A stretch of DNA of 60,778 bases, filler included, from Sluysia triapertura (GCA_046118255.1; 4 parts of 4 records of this genome joined end to end with filler, not necessarily neighbours in it); one strand, 5' to 3'; shown: positions 12,539 through 26,520, counted from the whole stretch's first letter. Notes: generated by a model not told the origin, from the sequence alone. Numbers and translations are program-made.

Positions 12539-15500
12539 ATAAAATGTTTTCGTCAAGTAAAAGAAATTCTTTCCAGTAAGTATGTAATATCTCTGGTATT
12601 TCGTTCGATTATTGAATTATTTATTGTTATTGTTTGGTTTCATATGATTAGCATGTGTATGATTTTTAATAAAAAATCCATTGCATGTTACATATATATA
12701 TATATATGGTGTCCCAAAAATCTTTCAGTGCCTAAATATATTGTTTTAAAATTTAACATGGAAAAATTGTAGCCTAGTTTTATTTGAATTTATTTAGTTT
12801 TAGTTTTGAACATGTATATTATATCTATTTTGTATTTATGTTTGATTATTTTTAAATATAACTTTTATATGTATAAACGTAAGTATATAAGGATTAGGTT
12901 TAGCATAAAAACATTATACAAATCATTTAAAAAATGAGGTCATTCTATATTTATATATTAGAATTATAAAATATGTTCAAAATTCTACATAATATGTTAC
13001 GTGTGAAAAAATGTAATCAGATTATCTTAATTCGTCTGTTGCATTGACTTATTCATTGATAATTGTCATTATTTTGTTAACTTTAGCGATTAATGACCCA
13101 CAAGTTAGTAATTTAGAAGTGCCAAATGTATAGATGTTGAAGGATATGTGTGTTCACAACGACAATTTATGTGTTAAGGGGACATTTCATATGGATGTTC
13201 TGACTACAACAACATTGTGTCACACATGTCACACTAGGCTGCTGTGATTTAAAATACTGTTAGATGATAGTAATTTCGTACTACGTGCTGCAACTTCTGG
13301 TTATACAAATAATTGTCTTATATTATTTATATTACTGCTATCCTGAATAACTCATTGGCTAAAATAAATTAATCTTATGTTAGTTTAATTCTATTATTAT
13401 CATCAAGTCTAATCATTGCCGAAATAGTAAAAATAATGTTAATGCGTTATCTTTATCTCATGAACATCCTGGTATATATGATGGAAATTTATGTTATTAT
13501 ATTTGTACATTTAACGTCAATGAAAAATATTTATATCATTAACATTTATCAACTTATTTTATATTAGAATTCTTTCGACTGTTTTATTAGACTTTGTAGT
13601 ATATCTGATTTGTCCGTGAAGCCCATATTTTTATATTCTATTACTGTTGTTGGTTTTCTTAGTCATTATTTTATTTACGGAAATATAATATATGTGGTCT
13701 GAAAGTATAAATAAATTAAAAATTATATTTATTGAATATTTGATAATTTTTTGTGGTACGTCAATTTTTTGTTTTGCATGAGGTTTTTTGGCGTTTAAGA
13801 TTAAATTATATCTTTTGCCAATTATTGATTTACATGTTTGATGTTTATGTTAAAAAATTAATGATTATATAACTTATAATACTATTTAATTATCCCTTAA
13901 CAGAAATTCAAAAAGTGTTAAACGCAGTATTAAACTAAAAAAGTGTACATATTTTTTACGAAGTACATATATTATATTTATAATGCTAACTTTTAATTTT
14001 GTCAAGCGCACATAATAAGTATAATTTTGGTTATATCAAATCTTTTCGAATGTCGAATATTATAAAATATTGAAATATATTTTGGTATGCGTATTATAAA
14101 CTGATTTGTATTTACACTATCCTGTGTACTTATTAAGTTTTAATTTTTTTGATCTCTCGTGTTATATTCACTTTAAATAGTATTTTTTATTGTGGTCAAT
14201 AATTTCTATAATAAATTCTTTTTACGGCCAATTTGAGTTCATAGGAACATGTATGCATGTTACCTTAATCTGGATCAATTTATTCTATTTAATAGTTAAA
14301 TTATATTCTACAATATTACTTAGCTTTTATTTATATATGTTAATATTCTTTTTTGTCGTTATTTCAACATTTTCGTTTGATTTATATTCTCATCGATATT
14401 TTACATCCTATTTTATTATATTGGTTTATTTCAAGGGGTTTTTACTATAGATATATATTTGAATTATTTTCAATATTCTTTGTCTTATTTTCTAGACTTG
14501 TCAAATTATTTTTTAAGAGTAAATTTTTAATGATTATTTTTTTTAGATTTGGATTTACATATCTTAAATTAGGTTTATTCTTTGCATTTAATGAAAATTA
14601 TTTATATTATGTCTTACTATTACCATGATGATGATTATTATTAAATTAATTTAACTCGAAACTGTGCTCTCACACAATCCTGATTAATTTTATTAATAAT
14701 TTATTTTATGTGTACTTACTTGGAATTATTATTTTAATATTATCCAAAGATATTTATTCAGCAAGTTTTTCTTAATATGATATTTTAGGCTTTTTAAATA
14801 AAATTTGTAACTTAAATTTAAAAAATGTATTTTTGTTTTATATAAATGTGGAATTTTTGCTTTTATTATAAAACTTTTCAACTGATTTTTTACATAGTGA
14901 AAGAAATTGTTTTTAAATTATTTAACTTTTACTATATTCATAATGTCTTAATGTGTTTTCTTACTCAGTTTACGTATAAAAATTATTTAATCAATGAGTT
15001 CGCTTATAATGTACAGTTTATGAGACGGAACTCGACATATCTATAGGTAAGCGGATATTTAGTAATGACAAATTAAAATAAGTCTAAATCCACTAATGCT
15101 TATTTAATTAGTTTTAAACACTTAATAAAAAGTATACAGAAGATATATAAGTACGTTAAAGCTAACAGTAAATTAGCTGGACAATATAGAATGAATTTAG
15201 GAAAAACAGTAAGAGGTTTGTATAGAAAATTATACATCACTATCATCCGCCAATTTATGTTTATAAAAATGAATATAAATAAGTATAATTTGTAATTTTT
15301 TACTCTAAAAGCCGCCATTTTCTGGAAACCGCTACCTTTTTTCATAGTCCCGTTTTGGCGGATGTGTGTGTGTTAGATTTTTAAACCTAAAACCAATTAT
15401 TTAGTTTATTTATGAGTTTAACACAATCCTTAAACTAGTGGAAAAATTTTATATATTTTGATCCTTCCTTTAAAGAAGGAAGTATATTTCTTGACATGGA

Positions 15501-15672
15501 TAATTATTTGATAGTAGTCCAAATAGATTGTAGTTCTAAAGAAAATAATCCGATTATCATTTTCAAATCGTTTGTCGATGATATAATCTAGAATGCACAA
15601 TTGCGATCGAGTAGTCATTTTGAAATCGAACTTAGATGAGTGTTCTTTAAAATTTTTATGGATACCGTTGCT

Positions 15673-15772
15673 NNNNNNNNNNNNNNNNNNNNNNNNNNNN
15701 NNNNNNNNNNNNNNNNTTAATTAATTAANNNNNNNNNNNNNNNNNNNNNNNNNNNNNNNNNNNNNNNNNNNN
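15673..15772. other. Artificial contig spacer (44N-TTAATTAATTAA-44N)
   Basis: Exactly 100 nt with a linker giving stops in all six frames. Identical to the other two spacers. Confidence 0.98.
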
Positions 15773-18700
15773 CAAACCCGAGAAATTAAGAAGGAATGTA
15801 ATTTTTATAACTTTTTTTAATTGCGAATATATTCTTGTAATGGACAATAAGAAAATAATGGACAATATAAGAAAATAAGGATTTTTTCCAATAATTTTAA
15901 CAAATTATAAAATTTCGTAATTGAAAAAGTTATTTAAATGATATTTTTGTGTTATTAACTGGATAGTTATTTTAAAGTATTTTAAAATTCTGGCTTCCCT
16001 TTGTTATGATGAAATGGCACCATTTTATTGAAGATGATAATAGGTTTATTGTATATAATGTATTAGTGAAATCATATGTTTCTTACGTTGTCGACTGTAT
16101 TTGTAATTTTTTTAAATTGCGTTTGAGTTTATTTTAAGTTTATTTTGAGTTATTCTTAACTTCGAAAAACTGATGGTGAGTTATAAACTGCGTGAACTAC
16201 GTTTAAATTCTAATTTTGCGGTTGCAATTGCATTTAAAATTTAATTCGTCTTTATCTTCTGCAAAAAAATGTTAGTTAATATTAAAATTAGTTTAGTGAT
16301 TTGACCTGAAGAAAGTTATGAATAAATAGAATTCATTTAAACAAATAATTTTTTTGCTATTTTATTGCTCTTCATTTTCATTACATGGTGAATAGACAAC
16401 AGTCTCGGCTCGGATTTATTTCAATTCGATTACCGAATATCTTAAATTTATTGCCTTTTAGAAATTTGTGTTTATTTTTCATATTAAAAATCATAACATT
16501 GGGGTAAATTGCTAATGTAACTTTACGGGCTAAAATTACCTGTGTAAAAGTAAGGAAAAAATGTCTACGTAAAACTAAAACATTTAAATATCACATAAGA
16601 ATGAATGTTGAGATTCGTAAAACAATAATAATTTTGGCTATACGATAATTTTTACCAAGAATCTCTGACGTTGCCTTTTCCATATTCTAGTTGTAGGTGA
16701 TGTACTAGTACTGTATCTGCACGTAGTTATATAACAATGCAGTGCTCTTTGCCTATTTCTATCACTTAGATTGAGGACTGAATATTTGTTTATGTGGCCA
16801 CAAATTGACAATGGGTTTTAAAACGCTGTGGCAATCTCGAACAATAGGTATGAGTAAGTGACAAAATGTATTATAACAGTTTATTGTTGTATCGACACTA
16901 TCACTAATGATAAAATAATCGACATTTTCTTTCCTACTTAATTTCTCAACAATTTTTTATTCTAAAAATCTTAATACGATCAGAAAAAGCATAGAATATT
17001 TTACCTGTAATGTACAAACAAATGACTTATAAGATTAACAATATTAACGTAAATATTAAGATAAAACAAGTAAAGAAGATGTCGTACTTGTCGAAATTAT
17101 TATTATTATCGTATTGATATTGCAATTATCATCGTATGTCTCCATCATATACATGTGATGTTGTGTGGTGGTGCCACAGCCACACACAATAATTTTGTTA
17201 ACACATAAACTCATCCATAAGATCATACCTAAACCCATATGCAATTTACATACAAAACATTTTAATACATTGTCATATCGATACAGCCAATACAGACTTC
17301 TAATCTTACAATAAATTATATGCAAGTTCCAGCAACAATTTTTATTACCATCCACTAACAAAGACTTCGTTTTACAAACTCACCTTACACATTACCAATT
17401 TATTATACCAAATACAATTTACGAATCATAAAATTTCAAACTATAAAATTTTACAATAAAATCTAAAAGTAACTATATCAAAATCATAATAACCAAATAT
17501 GTTAATATTAAGCTCTGCTTTTTTTTCTGAACTGTGTCGCTCTTGTTCTAACTAGCGCCATTACAAATATATAACTATTATTATAAAACGAGTCATTTTT
17601 TTACTTTGATTAAAATAAAATATTGGATTATGTATTTAGACATTACACATAGTTCTTATTGCGTAACAATTATCTGCTCAAACAATTAACTATTCAAATG
17701 AAACCTTTATAAAAAAAATTAAGTTTCATCCGAAATATATTTTTTTAATGTTTGTGCATGTCTAATAAAATTTTTTATTAATATGAAATGTAAAATTGAA
17801 TTAAAATATTGTTTTGATAAGAAATGTATTTTTATGTATTATATTTTATTAATGATTATGTCGATTTTGAGTTGTATTTCGTTCATTCAATTTGATTTCG
17901 TCCTTACTTGTATATTAGATATACAATGACGACATTTTATGGTTCTCCGAATTATTGATTTTAGGTTTGTGTCTGTGTAGTTATGTTTTTTTAGCAAAAT
18001 TTAAACACTTTTTGTTGCCATTTGTAAACAAATCAATGGGTAAAAATATAACTGTTTATTACGATTACAAAAAATCGAAAACTTTTATCTTTAAATGTTT
18101 TACGTTTGTAATATTATAATTTATTATTACTAATATTATTACTACTTTATTATTATTTTTATTTTTGGCAATTCGGTAATTTGAATAATGTGCCTTGAGG
18201 CATCTTTTTTGCTTCTGTGAATTTAAAAAAAAATAACTTTATGTGACTCTGTATTTCTCTATTTTAAAAATGTACACGTTCGGCGATTTTAGACATGAAT
18301 TAGACCACATTTTGCTCAATTTTAATGGCACAGATGTTTTAGTAGAGACTAAAAATTATAATGAATTGCAAAAATCATTGATTATCCTTCTATTACACGT
18401 GCAAATATTGCCTATTAACTAAAATCGTTGATGTTAATGATTCTACCTGATGTCTCCTTTTGTTACGTCGAGTAATCTACGAATTAAATCCACTTCAGAA
18501 TTTAATTCATTTTTTTAATTTACACATTATTTGCGGTAGTTACGCTAGCATTAAATCACTTTTTTCTACAAAACAAACATTAATATGCCATATGATTAAG
18601 TGTATCTCCAAGACATATGAATAACTAGATGAAGTTCTTTAAAGCTTTCTGAACAAATATAGCACGAAAACGTAAACGATTTTTGTTCTTGAATAGCTTG

Positions 18701-19169
18701 AAAATCTAATTTAGATATTAATTGAAATTGTTGATTAGAAATGTCACAAACTAATGATGATTATCGAACCAGCAAAACATTATGACATGACATATTAGAT
18801 ACGTAAATTTATTGAAATTCAAATGAAACTCTGGATATATTAAGAATGGTGGTAAATGATGCTGTGGCTGTTCACATTGGTAATTTTTTATCGCGACCTA
18901 ATTGTTGTGATATGTTACAGTTTATCCAAAGTAGACTGAGTTTCGTTTTTTTATTACTATAAAAAATTATTAAATATGATTCAAATTCATTTCTTAAATT
19001 AAACACAAAATTAACAAGTCAAATTTACATGAAATTTTATTTATTACACTAATATATGTTAAGATTATTGTCCTGGATATTGTGCCACTTAACCGATACG
19101 ATTGGCTATCTAAAAGAAAATTAAAAAATTATAATGTCATTTAAATCAGTTATAAAATTGTTTACTTAG

Positions 19170-19620
19170 AGTTCCATAATGCTTGCCTTGTCCTTATCCA
19201 TGTTCGAATTTGATATTCCAAGAGTTGCCAAAATGTTTCCGATTCGAAATAGATTATGGAAAGTCATCATTAGTAATCATTAGAAACCAATTTATCGACT
19301 GAATGGGCGTAATTACAAGTGCTACTCTATCTGATACAGTTTCCTTTTTGATCGGTATTGAAGAGGCATATTCCTCTTTTAACGTCATTAACAGAACTTG
19401 TATGTAGCCTGCGCGTTTCAAATAAGCGAGTTTGTAATGAGTTTGATGATGTTGTGCCATTGTCTTTGCTATGATTAAGTTCCTGATCATTCTTTTCATT
19501 TATTTCCAAATTCTTTATCCTTTAATAATGTTACAGGATTAATTCCTGAGCATTTATTGAAACTCTCTGTCATCTCCCGTGACAAATTACATCGATTAGT
19601 TTCTTCGGTAACTTTCAAAT
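19170..19620 (-). pseudogene. Decayed CCCH zinc-finger coding fragment
   Basis: GICLFNTDQKGNCIR*SSTCNYAHSVDKL has CCCH-type spacing interrupted by a stop. It resembles the finger and tail at 8050-8244. Confidence 0.55.
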
Positions 19621-22600
19621 ATCTTATTAAGGTGCAACGAGATAACAACAATTAAAATTAATGTGAAATTCATAACGTAATTCAAATAAACTGCAAACGA
19701 CTAAATCATTTAAATTAATTTTATGAATTTTCTCTTGATGGTTAGAAAAATTATAAGAACGTTTTACTTTGAATTTCCCAACAATGCAAACAACGTCGTT
19801 CCAAGGTAATTTTACTCAGAATAGATGATGAAAACAAATTAATATATTCATTAATTGAATCTACATTAGGTTAAGTGTAGAATATCGATTTAATTTATTT
19901 AATAAACTATGAATCGAATTAGATACACGTATTTGTAGTTATTAGTTAGAATTATGATAATTTTGAACGAATCCAGCATCGTATATTCATAAATATTATT
20001 AAATTTTTCATCAATAGCATTATTTTCAAGATAGCGATGGTTATTCAATTAGGCAGACAGTTTTGATTTGATTTCGTATCAATCATACTCTTTGCTGATC
20101 CTATCGATTAACAAATAAACAGTATCTTCGAAAGCATGTAATGCTTAAATTGTACATTAATATATTTAATAAAAACGTAGCATAATATCTTCGTTAATTG
20201 TCGAAATTCTTCCATAGGCTTTAGATCGTCTTTTTACGTATATTTAGTTGAAACAAAATGAGCAACAGTGGGTTTCTTAGCTTTACTGGTATCAACTTTA
20301 TCGGTTCTATGGTTTGTAGTCAATACTTTTTTATGATTTTCTCCAAATATTCGCATTTGACTTTTACTCCAGGGAATAATAATAGTTAACAGAAAAAGAA
20401 TGATAAATTGACTGATTTTTTTACTTTTTATTACTTACATTAATATTTTTATTACTCTTAATTATTAATTAATTTTTTAATTGTGGTAAAAGTATTGCTA
20501 AGATTATTTTTGTAATTATACAATTTTAGATTCTTTTTGTTGAGCTGAAGCTTTTTTGTTAAATTATAAAATTGTGAAATAAATAAAACCTCTACATTGA
20601 ATATCAATCTGATTGGTCGTCCAACCAGAGTAATATAAAAATAGTAATAAGATTAAATCTGGTTGGACGACTAATAATAATTTTGGTAAAAATGGATATT
20701 GGTTGTTGTTAATTATTGTTAAAATTACAAAAAAATTATTTTTATTAATTAGAATCTTTACGTGACTTAACTTATGTGCTGAAATATTTACATTTAATTA
20801 ATGTTTACATTTAATTAAATTTAATTTGAAACTAAAATCACAAAAGATATTAACATCAAAAACATAAAATTTATTAACATTAATAAAAATTTGATTATTC
20901 AACTTTACATTATGGGTTTGGTTATTCCCAACATATTTAGACAGAATACTCTTGATACTACTAAAAGATTTAAAAGAAAAATTATCAAATATAATAAAAA
21001 GGTTATCACGTAAAAATATTTTAAAAATTCTCGCCGATATTTAGTTTTGAATTTTCTTAATTTTTTTTACTTGTTATCTTGCTTGTGAGTTAATGGCCAC
21101 CATCTTATTTTTCAACTTATACAACCTCTAATTTTTATTGGTCATCTTCATATTAGTATTTAGAGTCAGCCAATTATATTTAGTCTACTTCAATTTTAAT
21201 AAAAGTATCACATTGTGATGTAATAATCAATAGTGATGTAACCATCAATGTCAAACAGGTTACTTGTCGACAAAGCCATGATGACTAATGATTTGAAATT
21301 AATTTATTATTATATGTTTAATTATTATTTTGAGATTTAAAAAAAGTACATCCGCATTATTCTATATTTTCTCGATGTCATTAATAGTCGCATTATTTTT
21401 TTGTCTATCTTTGATAATTAGCTTTAGGTGATACAAATTTATTCGCACATTTATCAAGTATATTAAATAATTCAAATATTTTGTTTTATTATTTTCTTTA
21501 ATATTTTGTAATTCTATTTCATATTCTTAACATTTGTTAATTAGACATTGATTTGTTATATTTATTGTTTTCTTCACGTCAAAAATCACACTAATTTATT
21601 TAATTCTGATTCGTATTCGTTTTTTGATATTGCTTGATGTTCCAATTTATTATATTCTAATTTTAATTGTTCCCTTTCTAAATTTAATCGAAATATATTT
21701 TGAGATAATTTTAAAAGTTTTTCATTTTCTTTCAACATTTTCTGGCGTTATTTGTTCGATTTTATTTTTGTGAAAATGTGTTATTTTATTTTATGAGTCC
21801 CCCCACCTACGATTCTAGTATTACGTGTTACAGCTAGTTCGTAGGATTTTTAAGAAATTAATATATAGCTAATGGAAGCTTATGCTACATAATTCTGAAG
21901 GTAATGTTAAGCCACTTATTGTACAAAGGTTTTAATTTTTAATTTCCAAATTAACACAGAATTTATTACGGTTCTATATTAGTATAATTTTAATTTTATT
22001 ATTAATGCACGTGTCCTTGAAGTAATAAAGTAAAAACAATTTTTTTTTAATTTTTAAAATTGTATTACAATTAAATAAATACTAATTAATTACCATTAAA
22101 TAATACTAAATATTATATAATATTATTAAATTTTACTTATACTTATTATTTACAAAATATAACATAATAACAAATCGATAATATATTATTATAATTAAAT
22201 GTATACTAATACAAATATAATTATTAATTGTATAAATAAATAATTTAAACATAAATCTACATACAACTGGTAAAGCATAAATTGACAATATAACATGGCA
22301 TAAATCGATATAGATAATGACACATTTATAATGGCCGTAAGGCGTTTATTTTAATTAGTTTAGTTGTGTAGAGATATAGAAATGAAATCGAAAAGGTTTG
22401 GATTTAAGGTCCTCGAACATATTAATTACTATGAAAATTAGTGAAGGATTGTAGTTTAATAATTTCTGTTAAAATATTCGATCGAATAATTATCATTACA
22501 AACAAAAAATAAATAATTTAAGACGTCATATATTGAAGTTATTAACAAGTAATAAAAATAAGTGAAACTAAAAATCAAAACGTCACGATTTCGACTGGAG

Positions 22601-23017
22601 TGTCTCTTCTCTTGGCGATTAGCATTTCTACCATTAACAACAAAACAAATAGCTATTTTCTCGGCAGCCATGTAAATTAAAATTGTAGAGATCACATAAA
22701 AAAATACATAACAATGATGGAAACTGAACGTCTAAAAATAGAAATCTATTCCGTAAATCGGTGACATGATTCGAAGAAAATCAGCTGACTTAGACAAATT
22801 CCAGTAAAATATACTAACTTGTTCTGTAATCTGCACTGATTTTGTGTAGGAATTCTCTAAATTAATTTCATTTAGTGGTACGATTTTTCCATTGTTTTCA
22901 AAATTTTTATCAGCAGATTTTTAAAAATATTCATAATATTGTGAAATATTAAAACAAAACTTAAAATACAATTATTATGTTCCGTTTTTCCATCGTGTTA
23001 AATTGGCAATGTCCTCT

Positions 23018-24052
23018 TTATACAAATTGGTAAGAAAGGACTGGAAGGAAGAAGGAGGCAAAGGAAAAAGAAAAGCAACTGATGTAGGGTATCCTTGTAT
23101 TTTGGTAATTTCTGTCTGAATTTTGGTAATTTCCTGAATTTTGATAATCTCTTCCTACATTTTGATAACTTCTGCTTGAATTTTGATAATTTTTTCCTTG
23201 ATTCCGATAATTGTTTCTTGAGTTATAATTGTTTAATCCTCTTTTATTTTCTTGAGATTTATTTATTTCAAAATCACTATCTTCGAAGTAATCTCTAGGT
23301 TTATTTTTTAGGTGATTCACTTCTTAAACTAACAGTCTTAACCTTGTCTATATAATTTATATTACCTTTTTCTTTTCAGTTTCTTTTTGTGATCTTTCAA
23401 TAACCCTTAATGTCTTCACTCCTTCCTTAAACGGTTTATTATCTCTTAAACTTAGAAATACTTGCAATTCGGGTCGTAGACCATTCTTAAGTTTATCTAT
23501 TAACGTTGCTTCTTTCTTATCATTAGGTATTTTAGCTCTTACTACTACTAAACAATTTAACGCACATGCGAATTTATAAACAGTTTCATCTTCTCTTTGT
23601 TTCCTAGTATTTAACATTCTAAGATGATATTTACCTATGTCATCCAAGGCGATTTCTTCTGTAAATGCATTTAAAAATGTAGTCCACTCTTGTATTTTCT
23701 CTGGTTCAATTTCTTTGTATGTCTGAATAGTGACTTCTGTCAAGTAATTTTGAATTCTTTAATTTTATCTATTTCTGACTTCTGCAGCGCTGTCATATTC
23801 ATAAAGAAAATCACATAATTCTTCTTCGTTTCCATTAAACTTACGCATTTTTGGGATAATATCTGCGGATTTCACATTTACTGAAAGATGCTTAAAACAA
23901 TCTCTTAAATCCTCTACTGTTTGCTCCATGTTTCTCTTATTTTGTTTAATTTTCCTAGTCTTACTTTTAATATTTTCGAATGAATTTACTCTACGAAGTC
24001 CACTCCTACTTTCTTTATCAATTATGTCAATCCTTAAAACAAAGTATAGCAA
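23018..24052 (-). mobile_element. Ty3/gypsy LTR retrotransposon gag, disrupted
   Basis: Capsid-type motifs KFNGNEEELCDFL, WTTFLNAF, RKQREDETVYKF and LKNGLRPELQ are spread over three ORFs. The C-terminus has NYQNxxR heptad repeats. No pol follows. Confidence 0.85.
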
Positions 24053-24136
24053 AAAAATCCAACAACAAAATGCTCAAACTTTAATTAAATATTTTAAAAC
24101 TTAACTTAAACTTTAATATTTTAACGTTCCAAGTCA

Positions 24137-24154
24137 TCCCAATTCGTGTGCCAA
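24137..24154 (-). promoter_or_regulatory. Primer binding site (tRNA-Lys-like) of the gypsy element
   Basis: On the minus strand, the LTR end ..GAACA is followed after a few nt by TGGCACACGAATTGGGA, similar to the TGGCGCCCGAACAGGGA Lys-type PBS, just upstream of gag. Confidence 0.6.
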
Positions 24155-24159
24155 ATAAT

Positions 24160-26520
24160 TGTTCAACTTTTTCTAAGTTAGGAACAATTATGAAATTACT
24201 AAGCTTACGGGTTCACCTGTGATGCACGTTTTATATTACGCGAAAGACGTATTTTGTGATGAAAAATACTAAGCAACGAATTCCTTATAACTTGGACGCA
24301 ATACTCGTAATAATTTCTTAACAACTTAATTTTTAATCTGGTCAAACTACTTTAATACCCTAGCTACTTTTCAATATATTTATTCTTTTATAAATTACTT
24401 CTTTAGAAATTTTAATTTTAAAAACGACTTTATAAAGTTATTTAACAATCGAGAATTAATTACAAAAATGACTATTACCAAATTCAAATTTAAAAACACA
24501 GAAACTACACAATGAGTATCTATTCTTTCACCTAAAATTAAAAGTATAATATGTATACGACAAATTACAAGAATATATTGTAAATAATAATTTGTTGTAA
24601 AAAATTTTTGTAAATAATATTTTATCGAATTTCTTGTAATAATTATAAATAATAATCTAAATAATAATCATAATAATTATAATAATTAGTTAATCATAAA
24701 TAATAATAATAATAATTAATTTGTACAAAAGGATGTTTAATTCTAAAGGAAGTCGTTAATTAGAATAAATAATTGTAAATAATAGTAATAATTAAATAAT
24801 CAACAAAGAAAACTGTTTATTTAAATCTGTCCATTTTATTATGTTTATTTTAAAAAATCCATTTTATGTTTATTTTAAAAACTGTGATTTTAAGAACTGT
24901 CCAATAATCGGAAATTTATTATTTATTGTTAAAACTTATAATCGGAAATTTATTATTTTATTAAAACTTATAATTGGAAATTCATTATTTTATTAAAACT
25001 TATAATCGGAAATTTATTAAAACTACGGATATAAAATCGGATATATAAAGGTAAGGAGCTCAAAAAATTGATGATAATTTTTAATAGTGAAAAGATTTAG
25101 ACGACTTTTTGGAGCAACAAATCGGATATATAAAGTGAAAAGATTTAGACGATTTTTTTTGGAGCAACACATTGGAACGTCATATTGAAAAAGGAATTGT
25201 TGAAAAACGACCTATTGGAACGAATTACTGGACGACAAATCATTGGGACGATTTATTAGAGCAATTCATTGGAGCTATTTCTTGGAATATCAATTTTGTC
25301 GGAGTGATCAAGCATCATTTTTTGCAATATCTTATTGTCAGTTTTTTGTTGGAACACCTTGGTTAATCACAACTGCTCAGTCGCTGATTTATCGATTTTT
25401 CAATTGGAATACTTGTGCTAAGATATAGTAAGCTTTTTATTATAGGTTATAGACCCGATTACAAACGGTCTCAAAATCTACTTAAACTTTCTATTACAAA
25501 TATTAAGAAAACTCACGATTAATAATCCTGAGTCAAAATCTACTCAACATATTAATTTGACTATTATTATTATATCTAAATTACGAATCGTTCATATTAT
25601 TATAGTAAATATTGTTGATACCATTTACTTAGAAATTTTTATTGGACATATAATCAAAAGTTCACTTTATATTAATTGTTACTTAGTCTAAACTTGTGTA
25701 TATTATTGTTTTATTTATAAAAAGACTGTTATTGAATAATAAAAGCTATCAAATTCAGAGTTTCTTTTTAATTTTTAAAGTAACAAGAAGTTATAAAGAA
25801 GGATAACTTGTAATAGTCATAAAGAAAAAGAATAGAGAAGATTTAAAGAAATTTTGTTATTAAGGGTTTTTGAGTAATTAAGGAAGTACTTCAAAATTGA
25901 TCGATTTATTAAAAAGAAAAAATACTAATATATAAACTTTGTGAAAAGATACATAAAGAATAAAATAATTATAAAACGGTCCTTTATAAGGTAAAAAGTT
26001 GTTAATTAAAGGTTCAAGTACAAGTTAAATTAATTAAGAGATTGTGAAATAGTATTGAACCAAACATCATCTTTTCATTAATATTGTAAGAATTGAAAGA
26101 AATTTTATTAATTAATTTAAAGATAGGATTTAAAATCTCAGAAGAAGTATATAATTGAAAGTATATTTATAAGTACCTTGGTTAAAGACATTAGTAAAAG
26201 ATTTTTTAAAGGTTAAAGGAATAAAGTTACGCAGAGATCGCAATATTCTTACGTTAGTATTTTCACAGCTTTAAAATCCTACGCACTCGTCCATTTTAGG
26301 TAAACCGACTGACGTAGGCGAACCCAAATTATAAACATAAAATTTTTCATAATTGTTCAGGTAGGAATAAAACCGAACAATATAAACAAATATAATAAGC
26401 TCAGGATTTCTCCTGGATAAAATAAAATTGATATTTTAGTTAGGATTTTGACTCAGGCTAATGCTTGAGTTTCGAAAAAATAGTTATTTTAAGTGGATTT
26501 TAAGGCAAGGTATCTATGCC
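24160..26520. mobile_element. 5' LTR of the gypsy element (minus) interrupted by an oppositely oriented related solo LTR (~24552-26379, plus)
   Basis: 24160-24550 is an inverted, diverged homolog of ~25740-26379 (both end TTTCATAATTGTTC..GAACA). 26400-26520 is an inverted homolog of 25470-25560. Internal tandem repeats lie at 24900-25020 and 25035-25168. Confidence 0.65.

Noticed and set aside
13230-13265. GGCTGCTGTGAT as a candidate next GNB5 exon (GCD..)
   Set aside because: Stop codons follow within a few codons and there is no WD motif.
14190-15345. Phe/Ile/Leu/Tyr-rich ORFs resembling membrane or mitochondrial proteins
   Set aside because: Expected by chance from T-rich noncoding DNA. 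No recognisable motif.
15673-15772. TTAATTAATTAA palindrome inside N runs, three times
   Set aside because: An artificial linker with stops in all frames. Adjacency across the spacers carries no biological meaning.
24900-25168. Short tandem repeats superficially like a CRISPR array
   Set aside because: Degenerate head-to-tail units without unique spacers, inside an LTR in eukaryotic DNA, with no cas genes.
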